NCBI GenBank assembly: GCA_965215195.1
Contig: CBDCDC010000001.1
Coordinates: 320,001 to 384,000 of the forward strand
DNA from: Candidatus Latescibacterota bacterium
Lineage (GTDB): Bacteria; Latescibacterota; UBA2968; UBA8231
Direction: 5' to 3'
Length of the DNA stretch: 64,000 nt
The position numbers and the translations under genes are program-made. The notes beneath the pieces were generated by a model. It did not search any database, was not told the origin of the DNA, and worked only from the letters and a program-made list of their open reading frames with translations. Numbering within the stretch: position 1 is the first letter of the stretch; every line of letters begins with the position of its first letter. Positions 1 through 9,645 of the stretch are shown here, one piece after another.

Positions 1-99
1 CGTCCAGCGCTTGTCGGGCATTTGGGCGCGGGCCGGGAGGGCGGACAAGCACATGGCGAGGCCCCAAATCCCTAGCCATAAGGGGGCACAAATTTGCAT
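1..99 (-). CDS. N-terminus of a probable secreted protein, running off the window edge
   Basis: ATG at 99 reads MQICAPLWLGIWGLAMCLSALPARAQMPDKRWT: hydrophobic stretch followed by an A-R-A signal peptidase-like site; divergent from the uvrA-like gene. Confidence 0.45.
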   Translation of the reverse strand, partial: MQICAPLWLGIWGLAMCLSALPARAQMPDKRWT

Positions 100-293
100 A
101 CCAGTGGGAAATCTCGGCGGCGGAAGAGGCGGAATTCGCGGTAATAGCGCGGGTCCGTCATTTTTATAACTTGTTAAAAATAGTTAAGTTAATATACAGG
201 CTAAGCAATTTAGCGTCAATCCTCCAGCCGCTCTGCTTCTTGGTTTCTACAACACCCCAACACTATGTTTTATACACCTATGTCTTCTTTGAA

Positions 294-3074
294 ATGCGCG
301 CCATGCAGCCGACTTTAGTCGTCCGCGAGGCCTGCGAACACAACCTGCGGGCCGTCTCCTTGGACCTGCCCCACGAATCCCTCGTGGCCGTCAGCGGCCC
401 GTCCGGGTCGGGCAAGACTTCCCTCGTATTGGACACGATTTACGCCGAGGCGCGCCGGCGCTTTCTCGCGGCGCTGGACCAAGGAGGCGGTTGGCGCGCC
501 TTGCGCGTACCCAAGGCCAGTCGCATCGATGGCTTGGCCCCGGCCCTCGCGCTGGCCGGGGGGGCCGGCCGCCAAAGTCCGCGGGCTACGGTGGCGACCC
601 TGTCCGGCTTGTACGACCTGTTGCGCCTGCTCTTCGCCCGCGTCGGTCGGCCCGGCTGCCTCCACTGCGGCGGGCGGGTGCAGACGCATCGCTTTGAGGA
701 AGCAGGCGAAGCGGCTGCGAGTATGCCAGATGGCACTCGCCTGATGATTCTCGCGCCGCGCCGCCGGCGGGAGGACGAGACGCCCGAGCAGGTACTCGCT
801 GCAATTGACCGCGCTGGCTATCGCCACGTGCGCCTCGACGGACGAGACCTGTTGCTGGAGGAAGTCGCGCCCGAGCGCATCGCCTGCGCCCAGCACCTGT
901 CCGTGGTCGTCGATCGCCTCGTCGTCAAAAGGGGCATCGCACACCGCTTGCAAGGGTCGCTGCAAGCGGCCTTAGAGGCGGGCGACGGCCAAGTGGTACT
1001 TTCTACCCCAAGCGCAGGAAGCGATTTGGTTTTTGCGGTGCGACCGGCGTGCGCGGCCTGTGGCGAGCCCTTCCCGCCCCTAGAACCCGCGCTGTTTTCC
1101 TTTAATAGTGCGGCCGGGGCCTGCGCGGCGTGTCGGGGCCTCGGGGTGCAGAATGGCTTGAGCCGCGAGCAGATCTTCGCCGATGGAAGGGCCACGCTCG
1201 AAGGGGCACTGGGTCCTTTGTGGCACGACTTTGGGCACGGCGATTTGCGCGACCGCCTACAAGCCTTCTGCCGGCGGCACCAAGTCGATCCCGAACAGCC
1301 CGTGGGCGAGTGGCCGGGCCCAGTGGCCGAGCGGCTGTGGCGCGGCGAGGGTCGGCCGGGCCGGTTTATCGGGCTGGCGCGCTGGCTGGAGCGCGTGGGG
1401 GCCAAAGCCCAAGGCGAGGAATTGACCTATCTGGAGGAACGCCTCGACGACGCGCCGTGCCCTAGCTGCGGCGGGGCGCGCTTGCGGCCCGAATCCCTCG
1501 CCGTGGAATTGGGCGGGGCGTCCATTGCCGCGGTCGGCGAGTGCGCGGTTGCCGCAGCCGCCAAGTGGCTCCGGGGCCTCGATTTTCCCGCGACTATAGC
1601 CCCCGTGGGCGAGGCCATCCGCGCCCAAATCGACCGCCGGCTGAACCTGTTGCAAGAGCTGGGGCTGGAGTACTTGCAACTGAATCGCCGCGCCGACACC
1701 CTGTCGAGTGGAGAGTTTCAGCGGCTGCGCCTCGGATCCGCCCTGTCGTCGGGCACCACCCAGATGCTCTACGTGCTCGACGAACCCAGCGCCGGTCTGC
1801 ACGCCCGCGACGCCGCCCAGCTCCTAGACGCGCTCAGGGCCCTGCGCGACGCCGGGAACTCGGTGCTTCTAATAGAACACGACGCGGCGCTCTTGCGCGG
1901 GGCTGACTGGCTGATCGACATGGGCCCGGGCGCGGGGATCGCCGGAGGACAGGTCGTGGCCGAGGGTACGCCGAGCGAGGTGGCGGCGGCCGACTCTTTG
2001 ACCGGACGCTATCTGGGCGGGGCCCTGCAATTGCCGCGCACCCGAGCGCGCAGGCCGCAGGCGTGGTTGGTGCTATCCGGTGCCCGCGGCCACAACTTGC
2101 GCCACCTCAACGTGAAATGGCCGTTGGGGACCTTGACCTGCGTGACCGGGGTTTCCGGATCGGGCAAAAGCTCGCTGGTCAGCCACACCTTGCATCCGCT
2201 CTTGGCGGCCAAACTGCACGGTGCCCAGCGGCGACCCCTGCCCTATAGCTCTTGCACTGGAATTGAGCAGGTGGCACGCGTCGTGGCGGTTGATCAGCGG
2301 CCCATTGGCCGCACCACACGCTCAAATGCGGCAACCTACACTGGGTTGCTAGCGCCGATTCGCCGCCTGTTCGCCGACCTGCCCGCAGCCCGCCTGCGGG
2401 GCTACCGGCCCGGGCACTTCAGCTTCAACGCCCCGGAGGGTGCCTGCGACCTGTGCAAGGGCCGGGGGATGCACCGTACGCGCCGGGGCGCGTTGCACCG
2501 CCTGTTTGACGATCTCGAAGTCGTCTGCCCCTCTTGCAGCGGGCGGCGCTACCGCGCCGAAGTCCTGGACGTGCGCTTCCGCCAGCACCACATCGCCGAA
2601 GTGCTGGAGATGAGCGTGGCCGCGGCGAGTGCGCTTTTTGCGGCCGTGCCCCAAGTCGCGCAGCGGCTAGCGACCCTTGCGGAAGTGGGCTTGGGGTACT
2701 TGCACCTCGGCCAACCGGCGACCAGTTTCTCCGGCGGCGAAGCCCAGCGGGTTAAGCTGGCGGCCGAACTGGGCCGCTCGCGCCAAGACCACGCGCTCTA
2801 CATACTCGACGAGCCGACCGTGGGCCTGCACTTGGAGGATGTGCGCTTGCTGCTCGCCCTGTTGCAGCGCTTAGTTGACGAAGGCAATACGGTCGTGGTG
2901 GTTGAACATCACATCGAATTCATCGCGGCCGCCGACTGGGTCATCGACTTGGGGCCAGAAGGCGGGGAAGCTGGCGGGGCGATCACAGCTTGCGGCCGCC
3001 CCGAGGAAGTAGCCGGCGCGGCCGGATCCCACACGGGTATGCACTTGCAGCAGTTGTTGGCCGCGCAGAGTTGA
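294..3074 (+). CDS. uvrA: Excinuclease ABC subunit A-like ATPase (divergent UvrA)
   Basis: Two ABC cassettes (GPSGSGKT, GVSGSGKS; LSSGE, FSGGE; LDEP twice), CxxC zinc fingers, HNL motifs; start probably ATG 294 or 303 rather than 171. Confidence 0.88.
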   Translation: MRAMQPTLVVREACEHNLRAVSLDLPHESLVAVSGPSGSGKTSLVLDTIYAEARRRFLAALDQGGGWRALRVPKASRIDGLAPALALAGGAGRQSPRATVATLSGLYDLLRLLFARVGRPGCLHCGGRVQTHRFEEAGEAAASMPDGTRLMILAPRRRREDETPEQVLAAIDRAGYRHVRLDGRDLLLEEVAPERIACAQHLSVVVDRLVVKRGIAHRLQGSLQAALEAGDGQVVLSTPSAGSDLVFAVRPACAACGEPFPPLEPALFSFNSAAGACAACRGLGVQNGLSREQIFADGRATLEGALGPLWHDFGHGDLRDRLQAFCRRHQVDPEQPVGEWPGPVAERLWRGEGRPGRFIGLARWLERVGAKAQGEELTYLEERLDDAPCPSCGGARLRPESLAVELGGASIAAVGECAVAAAAKWLRGLDFPATIAPVGEAIRAQIDRRLNLLQELGLEYLQLNRRADTLSSGEFQRLRLGSALSSGTTQMLYVLDEPSAGLHARDAAQLLDALRALRDAGNSVLLIEHDAALLRGADWLIDMGPGAGIAGGQVVAEGTPSEVAAADSLTGRYLGGALQLPRTRARRPQAWLVLSGARGHNLRHLNVKWPLGTLTCVTGVSGSGKSSLVSHTLHPLLAAKLHGAQRRPLPYSSCTGIEQVARVVAVDQRPIGRTTRSNAATYTGLLAPIRRLFADLPAARLRGYRPGHFSFNAPEGACDLCKGRGMHRTRRGALHRLFDDLEVVCPSCSGRRYRAEVLDVRFRQHHIAEVLEMSVAAASALFAAVPQVAQRLATLAEVGLGYLHLGQPATSFSGGEAQRVKLAAELGRSRQDHALYILDEPTVGLHLEDVRLLLALLQRLVDEGNTVVVVEHHIEFIAAADWVIDLGPEGGEAGGAITACGRPEEVAGAAGSHTGMHLQQLLAAQS

Positions 3075-3094
3075 GCTAGCTGAGGAGCCTTTCA

Positions 3095-4264
3095 TTGGAC
3101 CTGCAAAAAATACAAGCCTATATGCAGCAGGAAGGGATCGGCGCTTGGTTGGTGTACGATTTTCGCGGCGGCAATCCGGTCTTGTGGCAGCTTTTGGGCC
3201 AGCGGCGGCAGACGACCCGGCGCGTCTTTCTCATCGTGCCGGCCGCGACCGCGCCGCGCCTGCTCGGCTCGGCGGTTGAGCCGCAGGCCCTCGCCGGGCT
3301 GGACGTGGAGATCGTCCATTACGCTAGTTGGGAACAGCTCCATGCCCTGTTGCGCGATGCAGTGGGCGGGCTGGCGCAGGTGGCCATGGAGTACTGGCCC
3401 GGGGGGGCGCTGCCCACCGCGTCTTGGGTTGATGGCGGCACCTTAGACCTGGTGCGATCCCTCGGCCCTGAGGTGGTGTCTTCGGCCAATCTGTGCCAAG
3501 TCGCCTTGGCCACGTGGAGTGCGGACGCGCTCGCTTCGCACCGCGACGCCTGCCGCCAAGTGGCCGCAGTCAAGGACGCGGCCTTTGAGTACATTCGCCG
3601 CCGGCTCCACACCGGCCTCACCGAATTCGACGTCCAGGCGTTCATCGCCGCCGAACTAGAGCGGCGCGGCCTCGACATGGGGCATCGGCCGATCGTCGGG
3701 GTCAATGGCAACAGCGGCAATCCGCACTACGAGCCGCACGCGGCCACGGCCGCCCCTATTGAGCCGGGCGCTTGGATTCTCATCGACTTGTGGGCGCGCC
3801 ACCCCGGCGAACAGCACGTATTTGGCGACATGACTTGGGTCGCCTTTGCCGGCCCGTGCGTACCAGCAGCTCACGCCGAGGTCTTTGCCGCAGTGCGCGA
3901 AGCGCGCGATCTGGTGCTGGCGCGGCTTGCCGCCGCGTGGCGCGCTGGCGAAGTGCTCGAGGGCTGGCAACTCGACCGCGTGGCGCGCCACGCCATGACA
4001 AAGCGCGGCTTGGGCGAGCAGTTCGTCCACCGCACCGGGCACAGCCTCGGCCCGGGGCCGAGCATCCACGCGCTGGGCGCAAACCTCGACGACCTAGAGA
4101 CTCACGACGCCCGGTCGATCCTACCGGGCACGGGCTTTTCCGTGGAGCCGGGCGCGTACCTGCCGGAGTTCGGCGTGCGGCTCGAAGTCAATGTGTACGT
4201 GAATCCAGAGACCGGACCGGAAGTTACGACCCCCATCCAAAACGAAGTCGTCCTCTTGCTTTGA
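3095..4264 (+). CDS. M24 family metallopeptidase (Xaa-Pro aminopeptidase-like)
   Basis: NPHY, LIDLW, GDMT, HRTGHSLG, SVEPG and GVRLE motifs. Confidence 0.9.
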   Translation: MDLQKIQAYMQQEGIGAWLVYDFRGGNPVLWQLLGQRRQTTRRVFLIVPAATAPRLLGSAVEPQALAGLDVEIVHYASWEQLHALLRDAVGGLAQVAMEYWPGGALPTASWVDGGTLDLVRSLGPEVVSSANLCQVALATWSADALASHRDACRQVAAVKDAAFEYIRRRLHTGLTEFDVQAFIAAELERRGLDMGHRPIVGVNGNSGNPHYEPHAATAAPIEPGAWILIDLWARHPGEQHVFGDMTWVAFAGPCVPAAHAEVFAAVREARDLVLARLAAAWRAGEVLEGWQLDRVARHAMTKRGLGEQFVHRTGHSLGPGPSIHALGANLDDLETHDARSILPGTGFSVEPGAYLPEFGVRLEVNVYVNPETGPEVTTPIQNEVVLLL

Positions 4265-4926
4265 GCCTCGCAATCGTCCTCGTCAGCGGCGGGCTCGACT
4301 CCTGCGTCGCCGCCGCCATTGCCGCTCGCCGCGGCCCCTTGGCCTTTCTCCACTTGCGCTATCGCCAGCGCACCGAGGAGCGCGAATTCGCGGCGTTTAC
4401 CGCCCTCGCGGATCACTTTCAGGTGGAGACTCGCCTCGTGGTGGACGTCGAGTACATGCGTCAGATCGGCGGCTCCAGCTTGGTTGATGCCACCCAGCCC
4501 ATCCCCGAAAACGAGGCCGCCGGACTGCCTTCGACCTACGTTCCCTTCCGCAACGCCAACCTACTCGGCGTGGCCGTGGCTTGGGCCGAGGTCATTGGCG
4601 CCACCGACATCTACATCGGTGTCCACGAAGCAGAGAGCCAGTACCCGGACTGCCGGCGAGAATTTTTCGCCGCTTACGAGCGCATGGTCGCCGCGGGTAC
4701 TGGTCCGCAAACCCAAGTGTGCATCCAGACCCCGCTCATAGACTGGGACAAAGCCGCCATCGTCCGCTGTGGCCTAGCGCTCAGCGCCCCCCTGCACCTG
4801 ACCTGGTCCTGCTATCAGCGCGAAGACCTCGCCTGCGGCCGCTGCGAAAGCTGCCGCGTACGCCTAGCCGGCTTTGGCCGGGCCGGTGCCGCCGACTTCT
4901 TGTCCTATGCGAATGGCAGGGATTAG
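4261..4926 (+). CDS. queC: 7-cyano-7-deazaguanine synthase
   Basis: SGGLDS, TYVPFRN, YPDC, TWSCY and CGRCESC; TTG start overlaps the upstream TGA. Confidence 0.95.
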   Translation: MSLAIVLVSGGLDSCVAAAIAARRGPLAFLHLRYRQRTEEREFAAFTALADHFQVETRLVVDVEYMRQIGGSSLVDATQPIPENEAAGLPSTYVPFRNANLLGVAVAWAEVIGATDIYIGVHEAESQYPDCRREFFAAYERMVAAGTGPQTQVCIQTPLIDWDKAAIVRCGLALSAPLHLTWSCYQREDLACGRCESCRVRLAGFGRAGAADFLSYANGRD

Positions 4927-4989
4927 TGGTCAGCCCGCCCCTTTGCGTCCCGGCCTAAAGCACCTATCCACTTACCAAGGAGCTAACCC

Positions 4990-6573
4990 ATGCTAATCGG
5001 CTACGTCAGCGACGAACGCTACATCGCCCTGCACGACGTGCAGCTCGAACTCGCCAACGAAAACCTGCACGTCGAAACCCGCTCGCGGGCCACCGGCGAG
5101 GTCTTCGCCGACATCCCCCCCGGCCCCTACACCGCGACCTTGCAAAAAGACGGCTTCGGCCCCAAGCGCGTGCAGGTCGACATCCACCCCGACCGACCGC
5201 ACCACTTCCGCTTGCTCGCTCATCAGTTGCTCGGCTACGCTTGGCCCAAGTGGGTCAAAGCGGGCGAGCAATCCGAGTTCCGCGTCCACTCGCTCGAAGC
5301 CTACCGCCTCGACTTGTGGCGCTACGGCTGGGAAAAAGAGCACATCCGCCCGCTGGGCTGGTTCGACGAGCACGGGCCGCGCGCCACCATGCAGATTACC
5401 CCGGATGGCGACTACGCGCAGACCGGGGTGATGTGGAACAAGTTTGGTTATACCAGCCCCTCCCACAAACAGTTCGCGGCCGCGCCGCAACGCTCGGGCC
5501 TGTACTACTTCCACGCCCAAGCTGAATCCGGCGCGTTTTTCTCCTTTCCCTGGATCGTCGCCCCGGCCGCCCCCAGCGCAGACATCGCGGTCCTCGCCGC
5601 CAACATCAACTGGAACGCGTACAACAATTTTGGCGGGCGCTCCAACTACATCCACCCCGACCGCTTGCCGGACGCGCCGACGATCAACGCCCGCCTCGAG
5701 CTGAAGCGCTACACCGACCCCGAGCACATCAACTACGACGCCGAAGACTACGCCCCGCTCTCCTTTGACCGGCCCGAGCCGCTCAACCACGTCCCCGCAG
5801 ATGTCGCGATCACCGACCCCATTGCCGGACGCGCCGCCTGTCACGTGGCCCCGGCCGAGTGGCGCTTCCTCGGCTGGCTAGAGCGCGAGGGCTTTGCCTA
5901 CGACCTGTACGCCGAGACCCAATTGCACTTTGGCCAGCTCGACCTCGATCAGTACAAAGTCCTCATCATCACCACCCATCCCGAGTACTGGTCGCGCAAG
6001 ATGTACTACGCGGTCAAGGCGTGGGTGCGCGAGCGCGGCGGCAAACTCATGTACTTGGGAGGCAACGGCCTCAACTGCGAGGTGGAGCTAATCGACGAGC
6101 AGACCATGAAGGTCAAAAACGGCGACGTGCGCGTCCAGCGGGCCAAAGGCCACGAGAGCCGCTTTCACCAGTACAACGAGTCCGAGGCCAACCTGCTCGG
6201 CGTGGTCTTTACCCATCCGGGCATTATGACGGCCGCGCCGTACCAAGTCCTCGACGCGGACCACTGGATTTTTGCCGGCACGGGCGTCACAAACGGCGAT
6301 GCCTTTGGCGCAGCCAGCTTGCACGAGCGCATACCCGGCGGCGCCTCCGGCCACGAGACCGACAAAACCTCGCCCTTTTCGCCCCCCGGCACCGAAATCG
6401 TCGCCCGCGGCCTCAACCCGGACCGCGGCGGCGCGGAAATCGTCCACTACGAAACAGCGAGCGGCGGCGCGGTTTTTTCCGTTGGCTCCATCACCTATCC
6501 AGCCTCCATTCTCGTGGACGAGACCGTCTCGCGCATCACCGCGAACGTCGTCGAGTGTTTTGTCGCGGCATAG
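4990..6573 (+). CDS. N,N-dimethylformamidase beta-subunit-like protein with N-terminal carboxypeptidase-regulatory-like domain
   Basis: WNAYNNFGGRSNY, LSFDRP, HPEYWS and GGAVFSVGSI motifs; AAGGAG RBS. Confidence 0.75.
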   Translation: MLIGYVSDERYIALHDVQLELANENLHVETRSRATGEVFADIPPGPYTATLQKDGFGPKRVQVDIHPDRPHHFRLLAHQLLGYAWPKWVKAGEQSEFRVHSLEAYRLDLWRYGWEKEHIRPLGWFDEHGPRATMQITPDGDYAQTGVMWNKFGYTSPSHKQFAAAPQRSGLYYFHAQAESGAFFSFPWIVAPAAPSADIAVLAANINWNAYNNFGGRSNYIHPDRLPDAPTINARLELKRYTDPEHINYDAEDYAPLSFDRPEPLNHVPADVAITDPIAGRAACHVAPAEWRFLGWLEREGFAYDLYAETQLHFGQLDLDQYKVLIITTHPEYWSRKMYYAVKAWVRERGGKLMYLGGNGLNCEVELIDEQTMKVKNGDVRVQRAKGHESRFHQYNESEANLLGVVFTHPGIMTAAPYQVLDADHWIFAGTGVTNGDAFGAASLHERIPGGASGHETDKTSPFSPPGTEIVARGLNPDRGGAEIVHYETASGGAVFSVGSITYPASILVDETVSRITANVVECFVAA

Positions 6574-6633
6574 CCAACACACCCGTTTGGCCTTATCTTT
6601 AGATGCTTTAGGCTGTTAGGAGACGAAATTTTC

Positions 6634-6993
6634 ATGGCTACCGAGCCAAGCAAAAGCCTAGCGGTTTTTGCCAATCCCCATCCGGACCGCAACTACACAA
6701 TTGAGTTCTCGTGTCCGGAATTCACTTCGATATGTCCCGTGACCGGGCAACCGGATTTTGGCACCATCCACATCCGCTACGTGCCCGACCAGCACTGCAT
6801 TGAGCTCAAATCGCTCAAGCTCTACCTGTGGTCCTTTCGCCAAGAGGGCGCGTACTACGAAGCGGTCACCAACACCATCCTCAGCGATTTAGTGGCCGCC
6901 TGCGCACCGCGGCGCATGACGGTGGTGGGAGACTTCAATGTGCGCGGCGGCATTTCCGCCGTCGTGACGGCCGAATTTGCCCCGCAGCCCTAA
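6634..6993 (+). CDS. queF: NADPH-dependent preQ0 reductase (unimodular QueF)
   Basis: [30 protein letters not shown]. Confidence 0.96.
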   Translation: MATEPSKSLAVFANPHPDRNYTIEFSCPEFTSICPVTGQPDFGTIHIRYVPDQHCIELKSLKLYLWSFRQEGAYYEAVTNTILSDLVAACAPRRMTVVGDFNVRGGISAVVTAEFAPQP

Positions 6994-7020
6994 CGCCCGG
7001 AGACATATCAATCTTATCGA

Positions 7021-7812
7021 ATGGAGACGACGATGGAAGAAGTACGCCAAGACGCTGCTGAGACGACCGCGGAAGAAGGATCCGGAGAAAACGGCAGCCG
7101 GCAGGACCGAGCTTGGTTTCCCTACATCACCAAGGTGCAGTTTGAGCGGTTCCTCTCGCGGCTGGAGAGCAAGATCCCGGACCAAGTCGATCGCGACTAC
7201 GTGCGGCCTATTATTCGCACCCCGTCGATGATTCACCGCTTTTTGCGCGGCATCGAATCCATGAACCTGACCGACCGCAACCAAAAGCCCACGGACTTGC
7301 TCCTGCGGCTAGTTTCACAGGAGACGCGCAAATTTGCGCTCGCCGAAGTGATCCGCGACCTGTACAAGGATTTGCTGCCGGAGTGGGAACAGAGCAACGG
7401 CAGCATGAGCGACGACGCGATTGTCGATTACTTCCGCACCCGCACCGGCATGGGACGCGATTCGGCCAACAAGATGAAGATGTTTTTCAAATATCTCATC
7501 GCCGAAGCCGACTTTGGCGATCCCCTCGCGCCGCAAAGGGACGAACCCGCGCCGCAAAGGGACGAACCCGCGCCGCAAGAAGATCGCAGCGCCCGAGAAC
7601 CCGCCCCCAAGGAGCGTCCCGGGCGCGACGGACGCACCAAGCGCACCAACTCCGAGCGCCAAGAGCGCCCTCTGACCGAGACGCAGCGAGCCTATCTGGA
7701 CACCCTCCAATCCACGGTCCAGATCAACATTGACGGCGACTGGGACGAAGACATGATCCGCCTCGTCTTCGACCGCCTGGAACGGCTCTTCGACCGCTTG
7801 CGGCGCGCCTAA
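7021..7812 (+). CDS. Hypothetical protein, DUF5343-like N-terminal domain
   Basis: Coding-like ORF; PY...PT..L...ALAE.IR..Y pattern recalled from DUF5343; low-complexity linker. Confidence 0.5.
   Translation: METTMEEVRQDAAETTAEEGSGENGSRQDRAWFPYITKVQFERFLSRLESKIPDQVDRDYVRPIIRTPSMIHRFLRGIESMNLTDRNQKPTDLLLRLVSQETRKFALAEVIRDLYKDLLPEWEQSNGSMSDDAIVDYFRTRTGMGRDSANKMKMFFKYLIAEADFGDPLAPQRDEPAPQRDEPAPQEDRSAREPAPKERPGRDGRTKRTNSERQERPLTETQRAYLDTLQSTVQINIDGDWDEDMIRLVFDRLERLFDRLRRA
7524..7578 (+). repeat. 21-bp tandem repeat (about 2.5 copies, APQRDEP)
   Basis: cgcgccgcaaagggacgaacc repeated in frame. Confidence 0.85.
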
Positions 7813-7943
7813 AGCCCGGTCTTTGGTTCGAGGATATACGGGCCGCACTGAAAACACAGCGGTCGCCGCGTCGTGCCCTTCGCCCCTCTGATCCATGTCA
7901 CAGGTTATCGAGATGGCCGCCGTGCCGATCCATCGGCATCAAT

Positions 7944-8561
7944 CTATCCCTTGGCGAAGTCGAACAGGGCCGTCACGTCGGCGGCGAAGCCGTCTAACAG
8001 CGGCGAGGTCGCTGCGTCACCGCGGGCGAACACGCCGTGTTCGACATAAGCCCCCCCGCTGAGAGTCAGCACGGTGATGGTCTCAAAGCGGGGATCGACG
8101 ACCCAATACTCGGAGATGCCCGCCTCGGCGTAGTCGGCGCGTTTGGTGATGAGATCCCGGGTCGGGTCGTCCGGGCTGACGACCTCCACCGTCAGGTCCG
8201 CGCCCAACCAGAAGCGGTCCTGATTGCGGGGATCCGAGCGGTCGAGGAGCGCCGCTAAGTCGGGTTCGCGGAACTTGCCTTCGCGGATGCGCACCCGCAA
8301 CCCGGCGAACAGGACGAACCCGCCGCGGGGTTTGAGGTACGCATTGAACCGATCATTGAGGAACGAAAGCATGGCTTGGTGCATAACGGTGGGCATGGGC
8401 AGTTCCTCGACATAGCCATCGGTGAATTCGAGCAAGCGGCGGGTTCGGTCGGTGAGCCACAGGTATTGCTCGTCGCCCCAGTAGCCTTGGGGTGGCATCG
8501 AGTCACATAGGAGGGCGTCCAGCGCGTCTTGGGAGGTCGTTGTGGTCGGTGCTTGCGTCAT
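7944..8561 (-). CDS. Uma2 (DUF820) family PD-(D/E)XK protein
   Basis: EFTDG, REPDL, VEVVSP, KRADYAEAGISEYWVVDP. Confidence 0.9.
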   Translation of the reverse strand: MTQAPTTTTSQDALDALLCDSMPPQGYWGDEQYLWLTDRTRRLLEFTDGYVEELPMPTVMHQAMLSFLNDRFNAYLKPRGGFVLFAGLRVRIREGKFREPDLAALLDRSDPRNQDRFWLGADLTVEVVSPDDPTRDLITKRADYAEAGISEYWVVDPRFETITVLTLSGGAYVEHGVFARGDAATSPLLDGFAADVTALFDFAKG

Positions 8562-8614
8562 GGCGTCATCCTCGACTGGGCGGTGGAAGTGTAATCCAGC
8601 CCGCAAAGTGGAAC

Positions 8615-9577
8615 CTATCCCTCAAACCGCGCCATGGCCGCGAACTTGTCCTGCCGCTGGGCCACCAACGCCTCTGGATTGAGTCGCTGGAGCTCGGCTA
8701 AGGCATCTTGCACGTGGCGTTTGAGGGTGGCGGCCGCATCGTCCCAGTCGCGGTGTGCGCCGCCCAACGGCTCGGGCACGATGCGGTCGATGATTCCCTG
8801 CTTGTGCAGGTCTTTAGCCGTGAGCTTGAGGGCCTCGGCCGCCTCCTCTCTGCGCTCGCGCACCTTGAACAAGATCGTCGAGCAGCTCTCCGGCACAATC
8901 ACCGAATAACAGGCGTGCTCCAGCATCAGGATCCGGTCGCCGACCGTGATGCCAATGGCACCGCCGCTGAAGGCTTGGCCGATGATGGCCACGACGATGG
9001 GCACCGGCAGATGCGACATTTCGTAGAGGTTGCGGGCGATGGCCTCGGCTTGGCCCCGCTCCTCGGCCTCGATCCCGGGATAGGCACCCGAGGTATCGAC
9101 CAAGGTCAAGACCGGCAATTTGAACTTGGCGGCCATTTGCATCAGGCGTCGCGCCTTGCGATACCCTTCTGGATGCGGCATGCCGAAGTTGCGCTTTTGC
9201 CGCTCTTCGAGGTTGCGTCCGCTCTGAATGCCGATGACCATGACCGACTCGTCGTCTAGCCGCGCCGGGCCGCCGATGATGGAGGCGTCGTCGGCAAAGA
9301 GGCGGTCGCCGTGTAGCTCGGTGAAGTCGGCGAGCATCCGCTCGACGTAATCGAGCGCGTACGGGCGGTCCGGGTGCCGTGCGATCTGCACCCGCTGCCA
9401 AGGGCTGAGATTGGCGTAGACCTCTCGGCGCTTCTTCGCGGCCTGCGCTTCGAGCTTCCGCACGCCCTCATCCAAATTCAAGCCATTGGTCTCGGCTTGG
9501 CTTTTTAGGTCGTCGATTTTCTTTTCTAGCTCGACGAGATCGCGTTCAAAATCGAGATAAAATCCACTGTTGTTCAC
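8615..9577 (-). CDS. accA: Acetyl-CoA carboxylase carboxyltransferase alpha subunit
   Basis: ARHPDRP, ELHGDR, NFGMPHPEGYRKA, GAYPGIEAEERGQAEAIA. Confidence 0.97.
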   Translation of the reverse strand: MNNSGFYLDFERDLVELEKKIDDLKSQAETNGLNLDEGVRKLEAQAAKKRREVYANLSPWQRVQIARHPDRPYALDYVERMLADFTELHGDRLFADDASIIGGPARLDDESVMVIGIQSGRNLEERQKRNFGMPHPEGYRKARRLMQMAAKFKLPVLTLVDTSGAYPGIEAEERGQAEAIARNLYEMSHLPVPIVVAIIGQAFSGGAIGITVGDRILMLEHACYSVIVPESCSTILFKVRERREEAAEALKLTAKDLHKQGIIDRIVPEPLGGAHRDWDDAAATLKRHVQDALAELQRLNPEALVAQRQDKFAAMARFEG

Positions 9578-9645
9578 AGGACAAGGCCCCCTAGGTTAGC
9601 AATTGCGAATTGAGAATTATCAATTCGTATTTCGTATTTCGCAAC

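Noticed and set aside
162-180. AT-rich palindrome upstream of uvrA as an SOS box
   Set aside because: It matches no LexA consensus I can support and occurs only once.
9603-9644. Heptamer-repeat hairpin between the aminotransferase gene and accA
   Set aside because: Single short occurrence; probably an ordinary intergenic stem-loop.
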